From Fidelibacterota bacterium (GTDB taxonomy: Bacteria; Fidelibacterota; UBA8477; JABMPR01), in the NCBI GenBank assembly GCA_018673925.1, contig JABHBL010000088.1, forward strand, positions 2,516-66,515: a DNA stretch of 64,000 nucleotides. Reading direction: 5' to 3'. Each line of letters opens with the position of its first letter. Within the stretch, counting starts at the first letter, position 1. A model generated the notes under the pieces. It was not told where the DNA came from, made no database searches, and worked only from the letters and a program-made list of their open reading frames with translations. Below, piece by piece: positions 49,340 through 60,674 of the stretch. The position numbers and the translations under genes were made by a program.

Positions 49340-50833
49340 ATGATTGATAAGAATAACAAAATAGCCCAAAATAATGATGAAAATATCGCCATGAGTGATG
49401 AACAACAAACCATACAAAATATAACAGATCAGGACTACAAATACGGTTTCGTAACCGATATTGAAATGGAAGAATTCCCCAAAGGTCTGGATGAGAATAT
49501 TGTCATAATGATTTCGGCCAAGAAAAATGAGCCGGAGTTTATGACAGAATGGCGACTGAAAGCCTACCGCCATTGGCGTAAGCAAAAAGAACCAAAGTGG
49601 CCAAAACTTGAATATTCTGAAGTTGAATATGAAGATCTGTATTACTACGCCGCTCCGAAAAAGGATGGACCAAAAAGTCTAGATGAAGTTGATCCTGAGC
49701 TGCTAAAAACCTTTGATAAGCTTGGTGTCCCATTGGAAGAACGCGAGCTCCTGGCTGGTGTTGCAGTCGATGCTGTAATTGACAGTGTTTCCGTCGCCAC
49801 AACATTCAAGGGTAAACTGGGCGAGCTAGGTATCATCTTCTGTCCGATTAGCGAAGCCATTCGGGAACATCCTGACTTGGTGAAGAAATATCTCGGCACT
49901 GTGGTTCCTTATACTGATAATTTTTATGCTACTTTAAACTCTGCAGTTTTTAGTGATGGAAGTTTTGTCTACATCCCACCTGGCGTACGCTGTCCCATGG
50001 AACTCTCTAGTTATTTCAGAATTAATGCCTCAAAAACGGGTCAGTTTGAAAGGACCCTCATTGTGGCGGATAAGGGTAGCTATGTTAGTTATCTCGAAGG
50101 TTGTACTGCTCCAATGCGCGATGAAAACCAGTTGCATGCTGCAGTTGTGGAGCTGATTGCACTGGATGATGCAGAGATTAAATATTCAACGGTTCAAAAC
50201 TGGTATGCAGGGAATAAAGAAGGTGTTGGTGGTATTTTCAATTTTGTGACCAAGCGTGGTCTTTGCAGTGGAAAAAACTCCAAGATATCCTGGACACAGG
50301 TTGAGACTGGCTCGGCAATTACCTGGAAGTACCCAAGTTGCATCCTGAAGGGTGATAACTCAGTGGGTGAATTCTATTCAGTAGCGCTGACCAACAATTA
50401 TCAACAGGCTGACACAGGTACCAAGATGATCCATCAGGGTAAGAACACCCGAAGTCTCATTATTTCTAAGGGTATATCTGCTGGCAAAAGCAATAATGCT
50501 TACAGGGGTTTGGTCAAGGTGAATAGCAAGTCTGAAAATGCCCGAAACTACTCCCAGTGTGATTCTCTGCTTATAGGGGATCAATGTGGTGCTCACACCT
50601 ATCCATATCTGGAAATTGAGAATCCAACTGCCCAGGTGGAACACGAAGCCACCACTTCAAAAGTATCTGAAGATCAAATATTTTATTTAAATCAGCGGGG
50701 AATTTCTACCGAGGATGCTGTTGGAATGATTGTCTCCGGTTATGCCAGAGAAGTCTTTCAACAACTGCCCATGGAATTTGCTGTAGAAGCCCAGGCTTTG
50801 ATGTCTGTGAGCCTTGAAGGCTCAGTTGGTTAG
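49340..50833 (+). CDS. sufB: Fe-S cluster assembly scaffold SufB
   Basis: Length and the conserved C-terminal region; followed by sufC and sufD. The start may be MSDEQ at 49391. Confidence 0.9.
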   Translation: MIDKNNKIAQNNDENIAMSDEQQTIQNITDQDYKYGFVTDIEMEEFPKGLDENIVIMISAKKNEPEFMTEWRLKAYRHWRKQKEPKWPKLEYSEVEYEDLYYYAAPKKDGPKSLDEVDPELLKTFDKLGVPLEERELLAGVAVDAVIDSVSVATTFKGKLGELGIIFCPISEAIREHPDLVKKYLGTVVPYTDNFYATLNSAVFSDGSFVYIPPGVRCPMELSSYFRINASKTGQFERTLIVADKGSYVSYLEGCTAPMRDENQLHAAVVELIALDDAEIKYSTVQNWYAGNKEGVGGIFNFVTKRGLCSGKNSKISWTQVETGSAITWKYPSCILKGDNSVGEFYSVALTNNYQQADTGTKMIHQGKNTRSLIISKGISAGKSNNAYRGLVKVNSKSENARNYSQCDSLLIGDQCGAHTYPYLEIENPTAQVEHEATTSKVSEDQIFYLNQRGISTEDAVGMIVSGYAREVFQQLPMEFAVEAQALMSVSLEGSVG

Positions 50834-50857
50834 AACGTTTTAGGAGAATTTTAGTAG

Positions 50858-51616
50858 ATGTTATCCATCAAAAATTTACAAGTATCTGTTGAGGAAAAAC
50901 CCATTCTAAAAGGGCTAAACCTTGAGGTCAAACCTGGTGAAATCCATGCCATCATGGGGCCAAATGGTTCAGGAAAAAGTACGCTAGCTCATGTTCTCTC
51001 TGGACGTGAAGGATATAGCGTTGATGCAGGTTCTGCTCAGTACAAGGGTTTAGACTTGTTGGACATGGCACCAGAAATTCGTGCTCGGGAGGGGATGTTT
51101 TTAGCATTCCAGTACCCCATTGAAATTCCCGGTGTGAATAACACTTCCTTTTTGAAAAAAGCATTAAATGAAATCCGTAAACACCGCGGCGAAGAAGAAT
51201 TGGATGCCATTGATTTCTTGAGCCTCATTAAAAAGCAGATGAAGCTGGTGGAAATGAAAGAGGAGCTCCTCAAGCGACCTGTGAACCAGGGTTTTTCTGG
51301 TGGAGAAAAGAAACGGAATGAAATTCTACAAATGGCAGTGTTGAATCCCACCCTTGCTATTTTGGATGAGACTGATTCAGGTCTAGATATCGATGCCTTG
51401 CGTATTGTAGCAGGTGGTGTCAATAAATTGCGTTCCGCAGACAATTCCTTTGTTGTCATCACCCATTATCAGCGACTCCTGGATTATATCGTACCTGATT
51501 TCGTTCATGTATTATCCAATGGTCAGATTATTAAGTCCGGTACCAAAGAACTGGCGCTTGAGCTTGAAGAACGCGGTTATGACTGGTTGCTTGAAGAAGC
51601 TGAGTCAAAGGCTTAG
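50858..51616 (+). CDS. sufC: Fe-S cluster assembly ATPase SufC
   Basis: Walker [10 protein letters not shown], signature FSGGEKKR, 252 aa. Confidence 0.95.
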   Translation: MLSIKNLQVSVEEKPILKGLNLEVKPGEIHAIMGPNGSGKSTLAHVLSGREGYSVDAGSAQYKGLDLLDMAPEIRAREGMFLAFQYPIEIPGVNNTSFLKKALNEIRKHRGEEELDAIDFLSLIKKQMKLVEMKEELLKRPVNQGFSGGEKKRNEILQMAVLNPTLAILDETDSGLDIDALRIVAGGVNKLRSADNSFVVITHYQRLLDYIVPDFVHVLSNGQIIKSGTKELALELEERGYDWLLEEAESKA

Positions 51617-51630
51617 ATGGGGCACATATA

Positions 51631-52953
51631 GTGGCACAGTTAACAAATAATTTTTCAGAATGGATCAGCCAACAGGTTGATAGCGAATCTTCATTTGCTT
51701 TCTCTGAAGCGGTGAGATCGCCCTCCCTTTCTAAACTAACTCATGGTGTTTTCCCTACTCGCAAAGATGAGGAGTGGAAATACACACCCATTGGTGATTT
51801 GCTTGATACAAGACCTGGTGAAGATACCACAGAGGTTTTGGATCTTGAAACTATTGATGAATTGAAGCAAGCCATGCCATCAGCCCACACCATAGTCTTT
51901 TTAAATGGTGAATATTCCCAAGAGTATTCTGATAGTCACACTGCACTTAGAGATTCAGGATTGAGCATCTCCCCTCTGCCACAGTTGGAGGGTACTGCAC
52001 TTAAACGAGCTGAAGACACAATACTCGAGTCTGCTTTAACTGATGACAACATTTTCCAGCATATCGCGTTGGGTTTATCTCAAAATGGACTATTCATTGA
52101 GGTAAATAAGAATACTGAATGCCAGACACCTATTCATGTTATATATATAAACACCGCTCGGGGTGTGACTGCATTTGCCAGTCCCGTCAACGTCATCAGG
52201 GTCGCAAACAATAGTCATTTAAAGGTTGTTGAACAATATGCTTCACTAGGAGAGGCTGCAGTTATCACCGTTCCTGCAAGCTATATTCATTTAGAAGATG
52301 GTGCAGGTCTTGACTATTACAAAATCAGCGTTGAGAACGCTGCGACGAACCATATTTGCAACACATCAGTGAGAGTTGGTGGCTCAGGAGTCTTCAGGTC
52401 ACACCAGTATCTTCTGGGTTCAAATCTTACCCGATCCAATCTAGAGGTAAGTTTTACTGGACCAGGTGCAGAAGCTGTACTCCGGGGAGTTTACCTGGGT
52501 GATGATAATCAGCACCTTGATGTCAGAACTTATCTTGACCATGCCCAGCCTCATTGTAGCAGTAATCAGCATTTCCGTGGTATTCTAAACGGACATTCCA
52601 GAGGGGTCTTTAATGGATTGGTTCTGGTGCGGGAGCATGCTCAGAAAACGGATGCACAACAATCCAATAAGAACCTACTGCTCTCGAGGGATGCCAGGGT
52701 TGACACAAAACCTCAATTGGAAATCTTTGCTGATGATGTGAAATGTGCCCACGGTGCTACCGTCGGTGAATTGGATTCGAATGCTTTATTCTATCTGCAA
52801 TCCAGGGGAATAAATAAAAAAGATGCTGCCCTCATGCTTACTCGGGCTTTTGCAGCAGAGGTCACACAGGAAATTGATATCGATTCGCTGCGAAACTATG
52901 TCCAGGACAAAATTTCAACCTCATTAGATGAGATAGTGATTCCCAGTGTTTGA
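51631..52953 (+). CDS. sufD: Fe-S cluster assembly protein SufD
   Basis: 440 aa SufB/D-family C-terminal beta-helix region; position between sufC and sufS. Confidence 0.85.
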   Translation: MAQLTNNFSEWISQQVDSESSFAFSEAVRSPSLSKLTHGVFPTRKDEEWKYTPIGDLLDTRPGEDTTEVLDLETIDELKQAMPSAHTIVFLNGEYSQEYSDSHTALRDSGLSISPLPQLEGTALKRAEDTILESALTDDNIFQHIALGLSQNGLFIEVNKNTECQTPIHVIYINTARGVTAFASPVNVIRVANNSHLKVVEQYASLGEAAVITVPASYIHLEDGAGLDYYKISVENAATNHICNTSVRVGGSGVFRSHQYLLGSNLTRSNLEVSFTGPGAEAVLRGVYLGDDNQHLDVRTYLDHAQPHCSSNQHFRGILNGHSRGVFNGLVLVREHAQKTDAQQSNKNLLLSRDARVDTKPQLEIFADDVKCAHGATVGELDSNALFYLQSRGINKKDAALMLTRAFAAEVTQEIDIDSLRNYVQDKISTSLDEIVIPSV

Positions 52954-54163
52954 CGTCAATAAAGTTCGCTCTGATTTCCCCATACTTGGGACCACGGTTT
53001 ATGGCAAACCACTTGTATACGCTGATAATGCCGCTTCTACTCAAAAACCTCAGCAAGTTATAGATTCTATTACAGAATTATACTCGAATCATTATGCGAA
53101 TATCCACAGAGGCGTTCATCACCTTAGTCAGAAGTCTACTGCACTATATGAAGCTGCCCGTGAAACTGTAAAAAACTTTATCAATGCTCGTCAGGTCGAA
53201 GAGATCGTTTTTGTCCGTGGGACAACTGAAGGGGTTAATCTGGTGGCGAGCAGCTATCTGGAGCCTCGGTTAGAGCCTGGTGATGAGATATTGATTTCTG
53301 AGATGGAACATCACTCTAATATTATTCCCTGGCAATTGACAGCAGAACGAACTGGCGCCTTTTTAAAGATCATTCCCCTACTGGAAAATGGGGACTTGGA
53401 TCTAAGTGCACTACCTGATCTAATAAATTCAAAGGTAAAGCTTGTTGCTGTCACACACATGTCTAATTCTCTAGGGACTATTAACGATGTGTCTCGCATT
53501 ATTGAGCAAGCCCATGCTTTTGATATTCCTGTTTTGATAGATGGAGCTCAATCAATTGCACATATGCCCATCGATGTGCAAAAGCTAGACTGTGATTTCT
53601 TTGTGTTTTCAGGTCATAAAATATATGGACCCACAGGTATTGGAGCCCTCTACGCCAAGGAAAATCATTTACTCAACATGGAGCCATATCAAGGTGGTGG
53701 AGATATGATCCTGAATGTCAGTTTCGAGAAAACTGAGTACAATGACATTCCTTACAAGTTTGAAGCTGGCACGCCTAACATTGAAGGTACCATTGGCATG
53801 GCGGCTGCGCTCAAATATGTATCCGAGTTGGGTATTGAAGCCATAGACGAGTATGAGCAGGAATTATTAGCCTATGCTGCTAAACAGTTCTCTCAGATTG
53901 AGGGACTGAAGATTATCGGGACAGCACCCAAAAAGGGAAGCATCATCTCATTTGTTCTGGATGGTATTCATCCTCACGATGTGGGAACCATTATGGATAT
54001 GGAGGGTGTTGCTGTAAGAACTGGCCATCACTGTACTCAACCCGTTATGGATTGCTATAACATCCCTGCCACAACCAGGGTATCACTCTCTTTCTATAAT
54101 ACAGTTGATGAGGTTGATCAAATAGCCAAGGCGATTACCAAGGTAAAGGAGCTCATGGGCTAA
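52946..54163 (+). CDS. sufS: Cysteine desulfurase SufS (class V aminotransferase, group II)
   Basis: PLP-lysine region FSGHKIYGPTGIGALY; active-site Cys loop RTGHHCTQP. Confidence 0.9.
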   Translation: MFDVNKVRSDFPILGTTVYGKPLVYADNAASTQKPQQVIDSITELYSNHYANIHRGVHHLSQKSTALYEAARETVKNFINARQVEEIVFVRGTTEGVNLVASSYLEPRLEPGDEILISEMEHHSNIIPWQLTAERTGAFLKIIPLLENGDLDLSALPDLINSKVKLVAVTHMSNSLGTINDVSRIIEQAHAFDIPVLIDGAQSIAHMPIDVQKLDCDFFVFSGHKIYGPTGIGALYAKENHLLNMEPYQGGGDMILNVSFEKTEYNDIPYKFEAGTPNIEGTIGMAAALKYVSELGIEAIDEYEQELLAYAAKQFSQIEGLKIIGTAPKKGSIISFVLDGIHPHDVGTIMDMEGVAVRTGHHCTQPVMDCYNIPATTRVSLSFYNTVDEVDQIAKAITKVKELMG

Positions 54164-54615
54164 TGTCAGAATTGAGAGAGTTGTATCAGGAAGTCATCCT
54201 GGACCACAATAAAAATCCTCGGAATTTCAAGAAACTCGATCTGCATTCCCATCATGCAAATGGACACAATCCACTCTGCGGTGACAAACTGGAACTTTTC
54301 CTTGATGTGGTTGAAGGCATTATTACTGATATTTCCTTTGTTGGTAGCGGTTGTGCAATATCCACGTCATCTGCTAGTCTCATGACCCAGTTTCTCAAGG
54401 GAAAGTCTATCGAGGAAACGCGCCACTATTTTGATAATTTTCATGATCTAGTTACAGGAAAAGAGCTGGATGATGAAGCCCTGGAAGGACTAGGAAAGTT
54501 AGCTGTTTTCGCTGGTGTGCAGGAGTTCCCTGCTCGAGTTAAGTGTGCCAGTCTTTCCTGGCATACCCTCATCAATGCTCTGGATAGTGTCGATGAACCT
54601 GCTGCAACGGAATAG
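54163..54615 (+). CDS. sufU: SufU/IscU-like sulfur acceptor (NifU N-terminal domain)
   Basis: Conserved cysteines in CGDKLELF, GSGCAIS and KCASLS. Confidence 0.8.
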   Translation: MSELRELYQEVILDHNKNPRNFKKLDLHSHHANGHNPLCGDKLELFLDVVEGIITDISFVGSGCAISTSSASLMTQFLKGKSIEETRHYFDNFHDLVTGKELDDEALEGLGKLAVFAGVQEFPARVKCASLSWHTLINALDSVDEPAATE

Positions 54616-54636
54616 ATAAATAATTGGATTCAATAT

Positions 54637-54972
54637 ATGAATGATAATTTGCCAGAAATTGATCTCAAGGAAATTGAGGATAAGATCGTCTCCACGATAA
54701 AGACTATCTACGATCCTGAGATACCGGTCAACATCTATGACCTGGGATTGATATATGATGTAAAGGTCACTGAAGAACTTGAAGCCTATGTAAAAATGAC
54801 TTTGACTGCACCAAACTGCCCGGTTGCTGGTTCATTACCGGTATCTGTTAAACAGCAGATTCTCCAGGAAGTTGATGAATTGGAGTTTGCTGATGTAGAG
54901 GTTGTCTGGGAACCTCAATGGCACAAAGACATGATTAGTGAGGCTGGTTTACTCCAACTCGGTTTACTCTAA
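54637..54972 (+). CDS. sufT: SufT-like DUF59/MIP18-family Fe-S assembly protein
   Basis: DPEIPVNIYDLGLIYDV...LTAPNCP motif of DUF59. Confidence 0.7.
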   Translation: MNDNLPEIDLKEIEDKIVSTIKTIYDPEIPVNIYDLGLIYDVKVTEELEAYVKMTLTAPNCPVAGSLPVSVKQQILQEVDELEFADVEVVWEPQWHKDMISEAGLLQLGLL

Positions 54973-54973
54973 A

Positions 54974-55450
54974 ATGAAACTTAGCGCTCAAGAAGAATAC
55001 GGTATCCGTTGTTTGCTCCATATTGGTCGCAAGACTGAGATGGGTGGCAGCAGTATATCGACCATAAGCAAAGCAGAAAAAATCACCCCCAGCAATACAG
55101 CTAAACTGGTTCGCATTCTACGCATGAATGGATTTGTTGAAAGCAGTCGTGGAAAAGATGGTGGTTACACCTTGGCCAAGGCACCTGAAGATATTTTACT
55201 TAGCGAAGTTTTTGAGGTCCTGGGTGGAAAATTATTTGGCGAGGGCTTCTGTGATCACTATGCCGGAACCGGAAATGTTTGTGCTCATTTCGATCATTGT
55301 ACGGTGAGATCTTTCTGGTGCGCTATCCAATCTGTCCTGGACCACGTGCTTAGCCAAACCACTTTGAAGCATCTTATGGACCCAACAGGATTGGGTTGGT
55401 GGGAGACTTGTTTGACGGCAAACCCTCTTTTATCACAAGAGTCATCTTAA
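54974..55450 (+). CDS. Rrf2-family transcriptional regulator with three-Cys cluster-ligand motif (IscR/SufR-like)
   Basis: Start trimmed to Met MKLSAQEEYGIRCLL, 1 bp after the sufT stop. wHTH region VESSRGKDGGYTLAK; CDHYAGTGNVCAHFDHC gives C-x9-C-x5-C spacing. Confidence 0.7.
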   Translation: MKLSAQEEYGIRCLLHIGRKTEMGGSSISTISKAEKITPSNTAKLVRILRMNGFVESSRGKDGGYTLAKAPEDILLSEVFEVLGGKLFGEGFCDHYAGTGNVCAHFDHCTVRSFWCAIQSVLDHVLSQTTLKHLMDPTGLGWWETCLTANPLLSQESS

Positions 55451-55652
55451 TATTTATTAATAGTTTATACCCACTTCATCACTGATGAGTCATCCTAGAT
55501 GTGACATATCGGACCCTGGAAATAAAATATTACAATTGTCGTATTTATACTACACAATCAACATTTTTCGCCTATATTAAATCCTTCCCTCAACAATTGA
55601 TGGGATCATTTGGAAAAGTGACTTAAAAATCTGCACATGGTAAGAAGCGAGT

Positions 55653-57038
55653 ATGAACAGTAAGCAAAAAAATCACGCCCGGGTGCTCATCGTAGATGAT
55701 GAGCCAGACATCACTCATCTTTTTGAGAACTTCTTAAGTGATCTTGGATATGACATTTCCACAGCCACTGAGCCTGAAGAGGCAATAGAACTTTTCGAGA
55801 AAGAAGATTTTGATGTAGCTGTCCTTGACATCAACATGCCACGAATCAGTGGTCTGAAATTATTGGAACAATTCAAGCAAACGAATCCCCAGCTTATTGT
55901 CATTATGGTAAGTGCCATACAGGATACCGATATTGTTGTCAAATGTATTCAGCATGGTGCTTATGATTATCTAGCTAAACCGATTATTGACTTAAACCAA
56001 TTACAGATTCGAATTTCACGCGGACTTTCTGAAAAGCGGATCCGCAGTGAAAATATTGCATTAAAGAAGGAACTGAAGCGACATACTGATTTTCTAGAAA
56101 TCGAAGCTCATTCTGCAGTCATGCAGAAAATTCTCGAAAAGATCAGCACGGTAGCTGATTACAACACGACAGTTCTGCTAACTGGTGAATCTGGTACCGG
56201 TAAGGAAGTTGCCGCTCGTCTGGTTCATCAGCAGAGCCGCAATGTTCGTGGATCATTTATCCCGATTAACTGTGGAAGTATTCCAGGAACCCTCTTAGAG
56301 AGTACACTCTTTGGACATGAGAAGGGTTCATTCACAGGCGCTAACGAGCGTAAAAAAGGAGTTTTCGAAGAATCTCATAATGGGACCATTTTCCTGGATG
56401 AGATCACTGAAACCACACCGGAATTTCAAATACAGTTGCTAAGAGTGCTTGAATCAAGCACGATTCGCCGTGTAGGTGGGAATACTGAAATCCCCCTCAA
56501 CCTGCGTGTGGTAGCAGCAACCAATCAAAATATTGCAGAGCTAGTGAAGTTGGGGAGATTTCGCGAAGATTTATATTTTCGTCTGAATGTTTTTCATATA
56601 GAAATACCCCCGCTGCGAGATCGAAGAGAAGACCTACCCGTGATCATTGAGTATCACTTAAAACGCCTGTCCGGCGCCATGGGCAAGAACGTCACTCGAA
56701 TTGCTCCCAAGGCATTTCAAGTATTCAATACCCATGATTGGCCAGGTAATATCCGTGAATTGGTGAATGTTTTAGAAAATGCTATGATAATGTGTAAAGG
56801 TGATTCCATCTCTGTTTCGGATTTGCCAACACACCTATTAAGCGGTGGTAGCACCATGGTTCTCAATCAGAATAATATGGTTGATAATTATGCTGATGCG
56901 AAAGAAGAGTTTGAAAGGATATATTTTCAAGCACTTCTGCAGCAAGCCGAGTTGAATATTAGTAAGGCTGCCCAATCTGCAGGTTTGAGTCGTCAACATC
57001 TGCATTTAAAGTTAAAAAAACTGGGCATCCAGAACTGA
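55653..57038 (+). CDS. Sigma-54-dependent response regulator / enhancer-binding protein (REC, AAA+ sigma54 activation, Fis-type HTH); PilR-like by context
   Basis: REC VLIVDDEPDI...DVAVLDINMP; Walker A GESGTGKE; GAFTGA-type loop EKGSFTGA; C-terminal HTH. No cognate histidine kinase gene adjacent. Confidence 0.9.
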   Translation: MNSKQKNHARVLIVDDEPDITHLFENFLSDLGYDISTATEPEEAIELFEKEDFDVAVLDINMPRISGLKLLEQFKQTNPQLIVIMVSAIQDTDIVVKCIQHGAYDYLAKPIIDLNQLQIRISRGLSEKRIRSENIALKKELKRHTDFLEIEAHSAVMQKILEKISTVADYNTTVLLTGESGTGKEVAARLVHQQSRNVRGSFIPINCGSIPGTLLESTLFGHEKGSFTGANERKKGVFEESHNGTIFLDEITETTPEFQIQLLRVLESSTIRRVGGNTEIPLNLRVVAATNQNIAELVKLGRFREDLYFRLNVFHIEIPPLRDRREDLPVIIEYHLKRLSGAMGKNVTRIAPKAFQVFNTHDWPGNIRELVNVLENAMIMCKGDSISVSDLPTHLLSGGSTMVLNQNNMVDNYADAKEEFERIYFQALLQQAELNISKAAQSAGLSRQHLHLKLKKLGIQN

Positions 57039-57167
57039 TATTTATATCGATTTTTCTACTGCAGGTAACATAATAGCAACATATTCCCCTTTTTACATTC
57101 GCTCAATGTTGTTTACATTACATAGCTTATGATTAATTAATTGCAAGCGTAGCAACTGAGAAAGTAG

Positions 57168-58772
57168 ATGGAACTAGTTAAAGAAGAAACCTCCCCAAGC
57201 CTAGGCGCAATACAGGCTGAAGGAATTTCAGAAATCTATGGTACCTTTGGTCTGAAAATGACCAGCTTAAAAGGTATAGCCTCTTTTGCGACTGGAATGG
57301 CCCTCAAAATCTCCGAAGAAGTCTGTCAATTTCATCAAATTGTTCCCATTGATGTCAAAGATGATGGCACTGTTGTTATTGCCATGGCAGATCCACTTGA
57401 TATGGTTGCCGTCCAGATTATCCGCGCCAAGGTTAAGCAGGATATAGCAACCGTATGGGCTGACTCTGATGAAATTGAGTTCGCCATTGGTTCTATTTTC
57501 TCTGATAAAAATACTTTTGAAGACACACTTCAGGATCTGGTCGAGGTTGAAGATGACCTGGAAGAGGAAGAAGAAGTTGATGAAGATAGTATTGATATTC
57601 TTCGAACACAGGCAACTGACGCCCCTGCTGTAGTATTTGTTAACTCACTCCTGGTACAGTCGATTCAGGAACGAGCCAGTGATATCCACATTGAACCCCA
57701 GGAAAACAATCTTCGAATACGTTTGAGAATTGATGGAATGTTACGTGAATTCCCTCCAGCAAATCGGCGTCTGCAATCTGGTGTCATAGCCAGAATCAAA
57801 ATTTTAGCTGATCTTGATATCGCAGAACGGCGTATCCCACAGGATGGTCGAGTCAAGTTTAAGATTATGGGGCGTAGTGTCGATGTCCGTTGTTCCACCA
57901 TTCCAGGCATTTATGGTGAAAAAATTGTTATGCGTATCCTTGATCAGGGATCAACATCCTTGAATCTTGATGATTTAGGATTTGATGATCATAAACTCGT
58001 GCTTCTGAAAGAAAAGGCCAACGCAGCGAATGGTATGATCCTGGTTACTGGACCTACTGGGTCTGGAAAAACTACAACCCTCTATTCTGTTCTTAATTAT
58101 GTAAATAGTCCCCAGTTGAACATTATCACAGTGGAAGACCCGGTTGAGTACAGATTGGAAGGAATTAACCAGGTCCAAGCTCGTCCCAATGTGGGATTAA
58201 CCTTTGCTTCCGCATTGAGATCAATTTTGCGACAGGATCCAGATATTGTCATGGTTGGTGAAATTCGAGATCTTGAAACTGCTGAAATCGCTATTAAGGC
58301 TGCGCTTACCGGTCATATGGTATTAAGTACCCTGCACACAAATAATGCCGTTGCAACCATCATTCGTTTGCTTAATATGGGGATTGATAAGTATTTGATT
58401 GTATCTTCTGTGTCAGTGATTGTGGCCCAGAGATTGGTAAGAAGGGTCTGTACGAGTTGTCGTGAGCCTGTAGAGCCCACTGAAGATATCAAAATGTTTA
58501 TGGAGCGGCAGGGTATCGACTTAGCAAAATCAACCTTTTACAAAGGTAAGGGATGCAAGCAATGTTCCGGGTCTGGTTTTTGGGGTCGCATGGGAATCCA
58601 TGAAATACTATTTATGAATCCGACTATTAAAGAGCTCATCATCAATGATGCATCTGAAATGGAAATTAGAGAGGCTGCCCAAGAAGCGGGTACGGGGACA
58701 CTGTTTGAAGAGGGTTTGATCAGAGCAGAAAAGGGTATGACTACTTTAGAGGAAGTTATCAGGGTCGCCTAG
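57168..58772 (+). CDS. GspE/PilB-family type II secretion / type IV pilus assembly ATPase with N-terminal T2SSE_N domain
   Basis: Walker A GPTGSGKTT, Asp box, His box, tetracysteine motif CTSC...CKQC, acidic linker EVEDDLEEEEEVDED. Confidence 0.9.
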   Translation: MELVKEETSPSLGAIQAEGISEIYGTFGLKMTSLKGIASFATGMALKISEEVCQFHQIVPIDVKDDGTVVIAMADPLDMVAVQIIRAKVKQDIATVWADSDEIEFAIGSIFSDKNTFEDTLQDLVEVEDDLEEEEEVDEDSIDILRTQATDAPAVVFVNSLLVQSIQERASDIHIEPQENNLRIRLRIDGMLREFPPANRRLQSGVIARIKILADLDIAERRIPQDGRVKFKIMGRSVDVRCSTIPGIYGEKIVMRILDQGSTSLNLDDLGFDDHKLVLLKEKANAANGMILVTGPTGSGKTTTLYSVLNYVNSPQLNIITVEDPVEYRLEGINQVQARPNVGLTFASALRSILRQDPDIVMVGEIRDLETAEIAIKAALTGHMVLSTLHTNNAVATIIRLLNMGIDKYLIVSSVSVIVAQRLVRRVCTSCREPVEPTEDIKMFMERQGIDLAKSTFYKGKGCKQCSGSGFWGRMGIHEILFMNPTIKELIINDASEMEIREAAQEAGTGTLFEEGLIRAEKGMTTLEEVIRVA

Positions 58773-59995
58773 TGGGTAATTTTAGATATATCGCTGTCGA
58801 TACAAAGGGCAAGCGTACCGAAGGGACGCTGGGTGGTTTTACACGTGAAGAAGTTAGTGCTGAGTTACGACGGATGGGTCTCAAACCTGTCAGCGTAGAA
58901 CCAGTTCGTAAGAAAAAGAGAGAATGGAAGCTCAGTGAAATAAATCTCAGCCCTCCCAAAATTGATCCAGCATTACAGGTAGTATTTTTTCGTGAACTTT
59001 CAACTTTGCTTGATGCCGGAATTCAATTGGTGGATGCAATTTCAATTATTCAATTGCAGTTCGAGGATAAAAACTTCCAAAAAGCTATTGGGGAGATTCT
59101 GGTCTTTGTAAAGTCAGGTCACCCCTTTTCAGATGCACTCGCTGAGCATAAGCACATTTTCCCACCCTTTGTAATCTCATTGGTCACTGCTGCCGAGATG
59201 GGTGGAGGCCTGGATAAGATTCTGACTCAGATTGCTGTGTATATTGAAAAAGAAGATGATGTGCGTAAGCGTCTTAGCTCCGCAACCAGTTATCCAAAAT
59301 TTATCGGAATGTTTTTTGCCGTCGTTCTCATGGGAGTGATGTTTGGACTCATGCCTAAATTCGCGGATATTTTTGCCAGTTTTGGTGCAGAGTTGCCCTT
59401 CTCCACTCAGATCATGATAAATCTCAGTGATTTCCTCCGAAATAATCTCATCATAGAAGCCATTCTGATTGGTGGTCTTTGGATTGGATTTAAGGCATTT
59501 GCGGCCTCACCTAAGGGAAAATACTTCATTGATAAGCATATCTTCAAATTGCCGGTGGCTGGCCACATTATTCACAAATCAATGGTTTCTAGATTCGCCA
59601 AGACGCTATCAGTCTTGATCCGCGCTGAAGTTTCTATCGTAAATGCGCTAAAGATAGCGGGAAACACGTCTGACAATGAATACATCAAGGAGATTACCGA
59701 ACATGTCGCCTTGCAGGTCACACATGGCCGTAGTATGGGTGGACAATTGGCAAAATACACTGATGTCTTCCCTATCATGGTTAGTTCCATGATAACTGTT
59801 GGAGAGAAATCTGGTGCTCTTGCAATCATGCTCGAAAAGATTTCTGAATTTCATGAAGCTGATTTTAACACTGCAGTAGATAAGTTATCCAAAACCATAG
59901 AACCAATCATTATGGGTGGCCTTGGCGTTGTTATCAGTATCATTATCGTCACGCTCTATCTGCCCATTTTCCAGATGAGTTCTGCTATCCATTAA
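58772..59995 (+). CDS. GspF/PilC-family inner-membrane platform protein
   Basis: 407 aa, duplicated T2SSF domains with 3 TM; start overlaps the gspE stop. Confidence 0.9.
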   Translation: MGNFRYIAVDTKGKRTEGTLGGFTREEVSAELRRMGLKPVSVEPVRKKKREWKLSEINLSPPKIDPALQVVFFRELSTLLDAGIQLVDAISIIQLQFEDKNFQKAIGEILVFVKSGHPFSDALAEHKHIFPPFVISLVTAAEMGGGLDKILTQIAVYIEKEDDVRKRLSSATSYPKFIGMFFAVVLMGVMFGLMPKFADIFASFGAELPFSTQIMINLSDFLRNNLIIEAILIGGLWIGFKAFAASPKGKYFIDKHIFKLPVAGHIIHKSMVSRFAKTLSVLIRAEVSIVNALKIAGNTSDNEYIKEITEHVALQVTHGRSMGGQLAKYTDVFPIMVSSMITVGEKSGALAIMLEKISEFHEADFNTAVDKLSKTIEPIIMGGLGVVISIIIVTLYLPIFQMSSAIH

Positions 59996-60541
59996 ATCTA
60001 CCTGTTTCACCCCCTTTCGAAACTCAGATTCTATTGCCTATAGTACATCACCTGATAGCTATGTTCAGGGGGCTGGATTAAACTTTCAGTTTTGCAAAAT
60101 ACATTTACAAAATACTTGTCTTTTTGTGATTAATATTGATCTCCCATTATTTAAGTAGTTCATAGGAATGGCTATGGGTAGGGGTTTATATAGGTTTTTA
60201 CATGAAGTTTTTCAAAGCGATAAATCGTCATAATAATGCTACATTCTACGTGAAGTGGCTAGTAAATTTATGGGACAAAAAGGCGAAGGACCTTAATATG
60301 AGCAGGTTGTTAACATAATATTACAGCATTCATATACTATTGTATATTATGATATTACAAGTATAAATAATTCCGAGTGTAAGGATTTTCCTTATTAATA
60401 AATAGGGAATACCTCTTGGAATAGGGGTATTGCTGTTCTAATTTTAAGACATCTTAGTGGAATCGCTCTTTGTAATTGTTACATATTATCGAATAGCATA
60501 TTTATGTTACATGAATTATGTAACTGTTTATTGTGCACTTA

Positions 60542-60575
60542 TGGCAACAGCTTTGTAATTGGCATAACCTTTGAA
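60542..60575 (+). promoter_or_regulatory. Two overlapping sigma54-like -24/-12 elements (TGGCA-N6-TTGT and TGGCA-N6-TTGA) about 100 bp upstream of the major pilin gene
   Basis: TGGCAACAGCTTTGTA at 60542-60557 and TGGCATAACCTTTGAA at 60560-60575. -24 GG and spacing are canonical; the -12 has GT/GA instead of GC. Confidence 0.3.
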
Positions 60576-60674
60576 GCTTATTAAGTCCATGAAGGCGATT
60601 GTATTTATCAGGAACAACAAATGCGATCCGCTGAACAAACGTAAAAAAAAAGTCCTTAGAGGAGGATATTAAAA

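Noticed and set aside
49121-49585. 154-aa minus-strand ORF overlapping the sufB start and the gamma-CA gene
   Set aside because: It is antisense to two well-supported genes, with a hydrophobic compositional translation and no upstream RBS.
55476-55510. TCATCA-C-TGATGA palindrome and a GTGACATA 8-mer just downstream of the Rrf2 gene, matching one TGACAT repeat near 62877
   Set aside because: A single 8-mer recurrence in 64 kb is at chance expectation and the palindrome is short and AT-rich, so it is not reported as a site.
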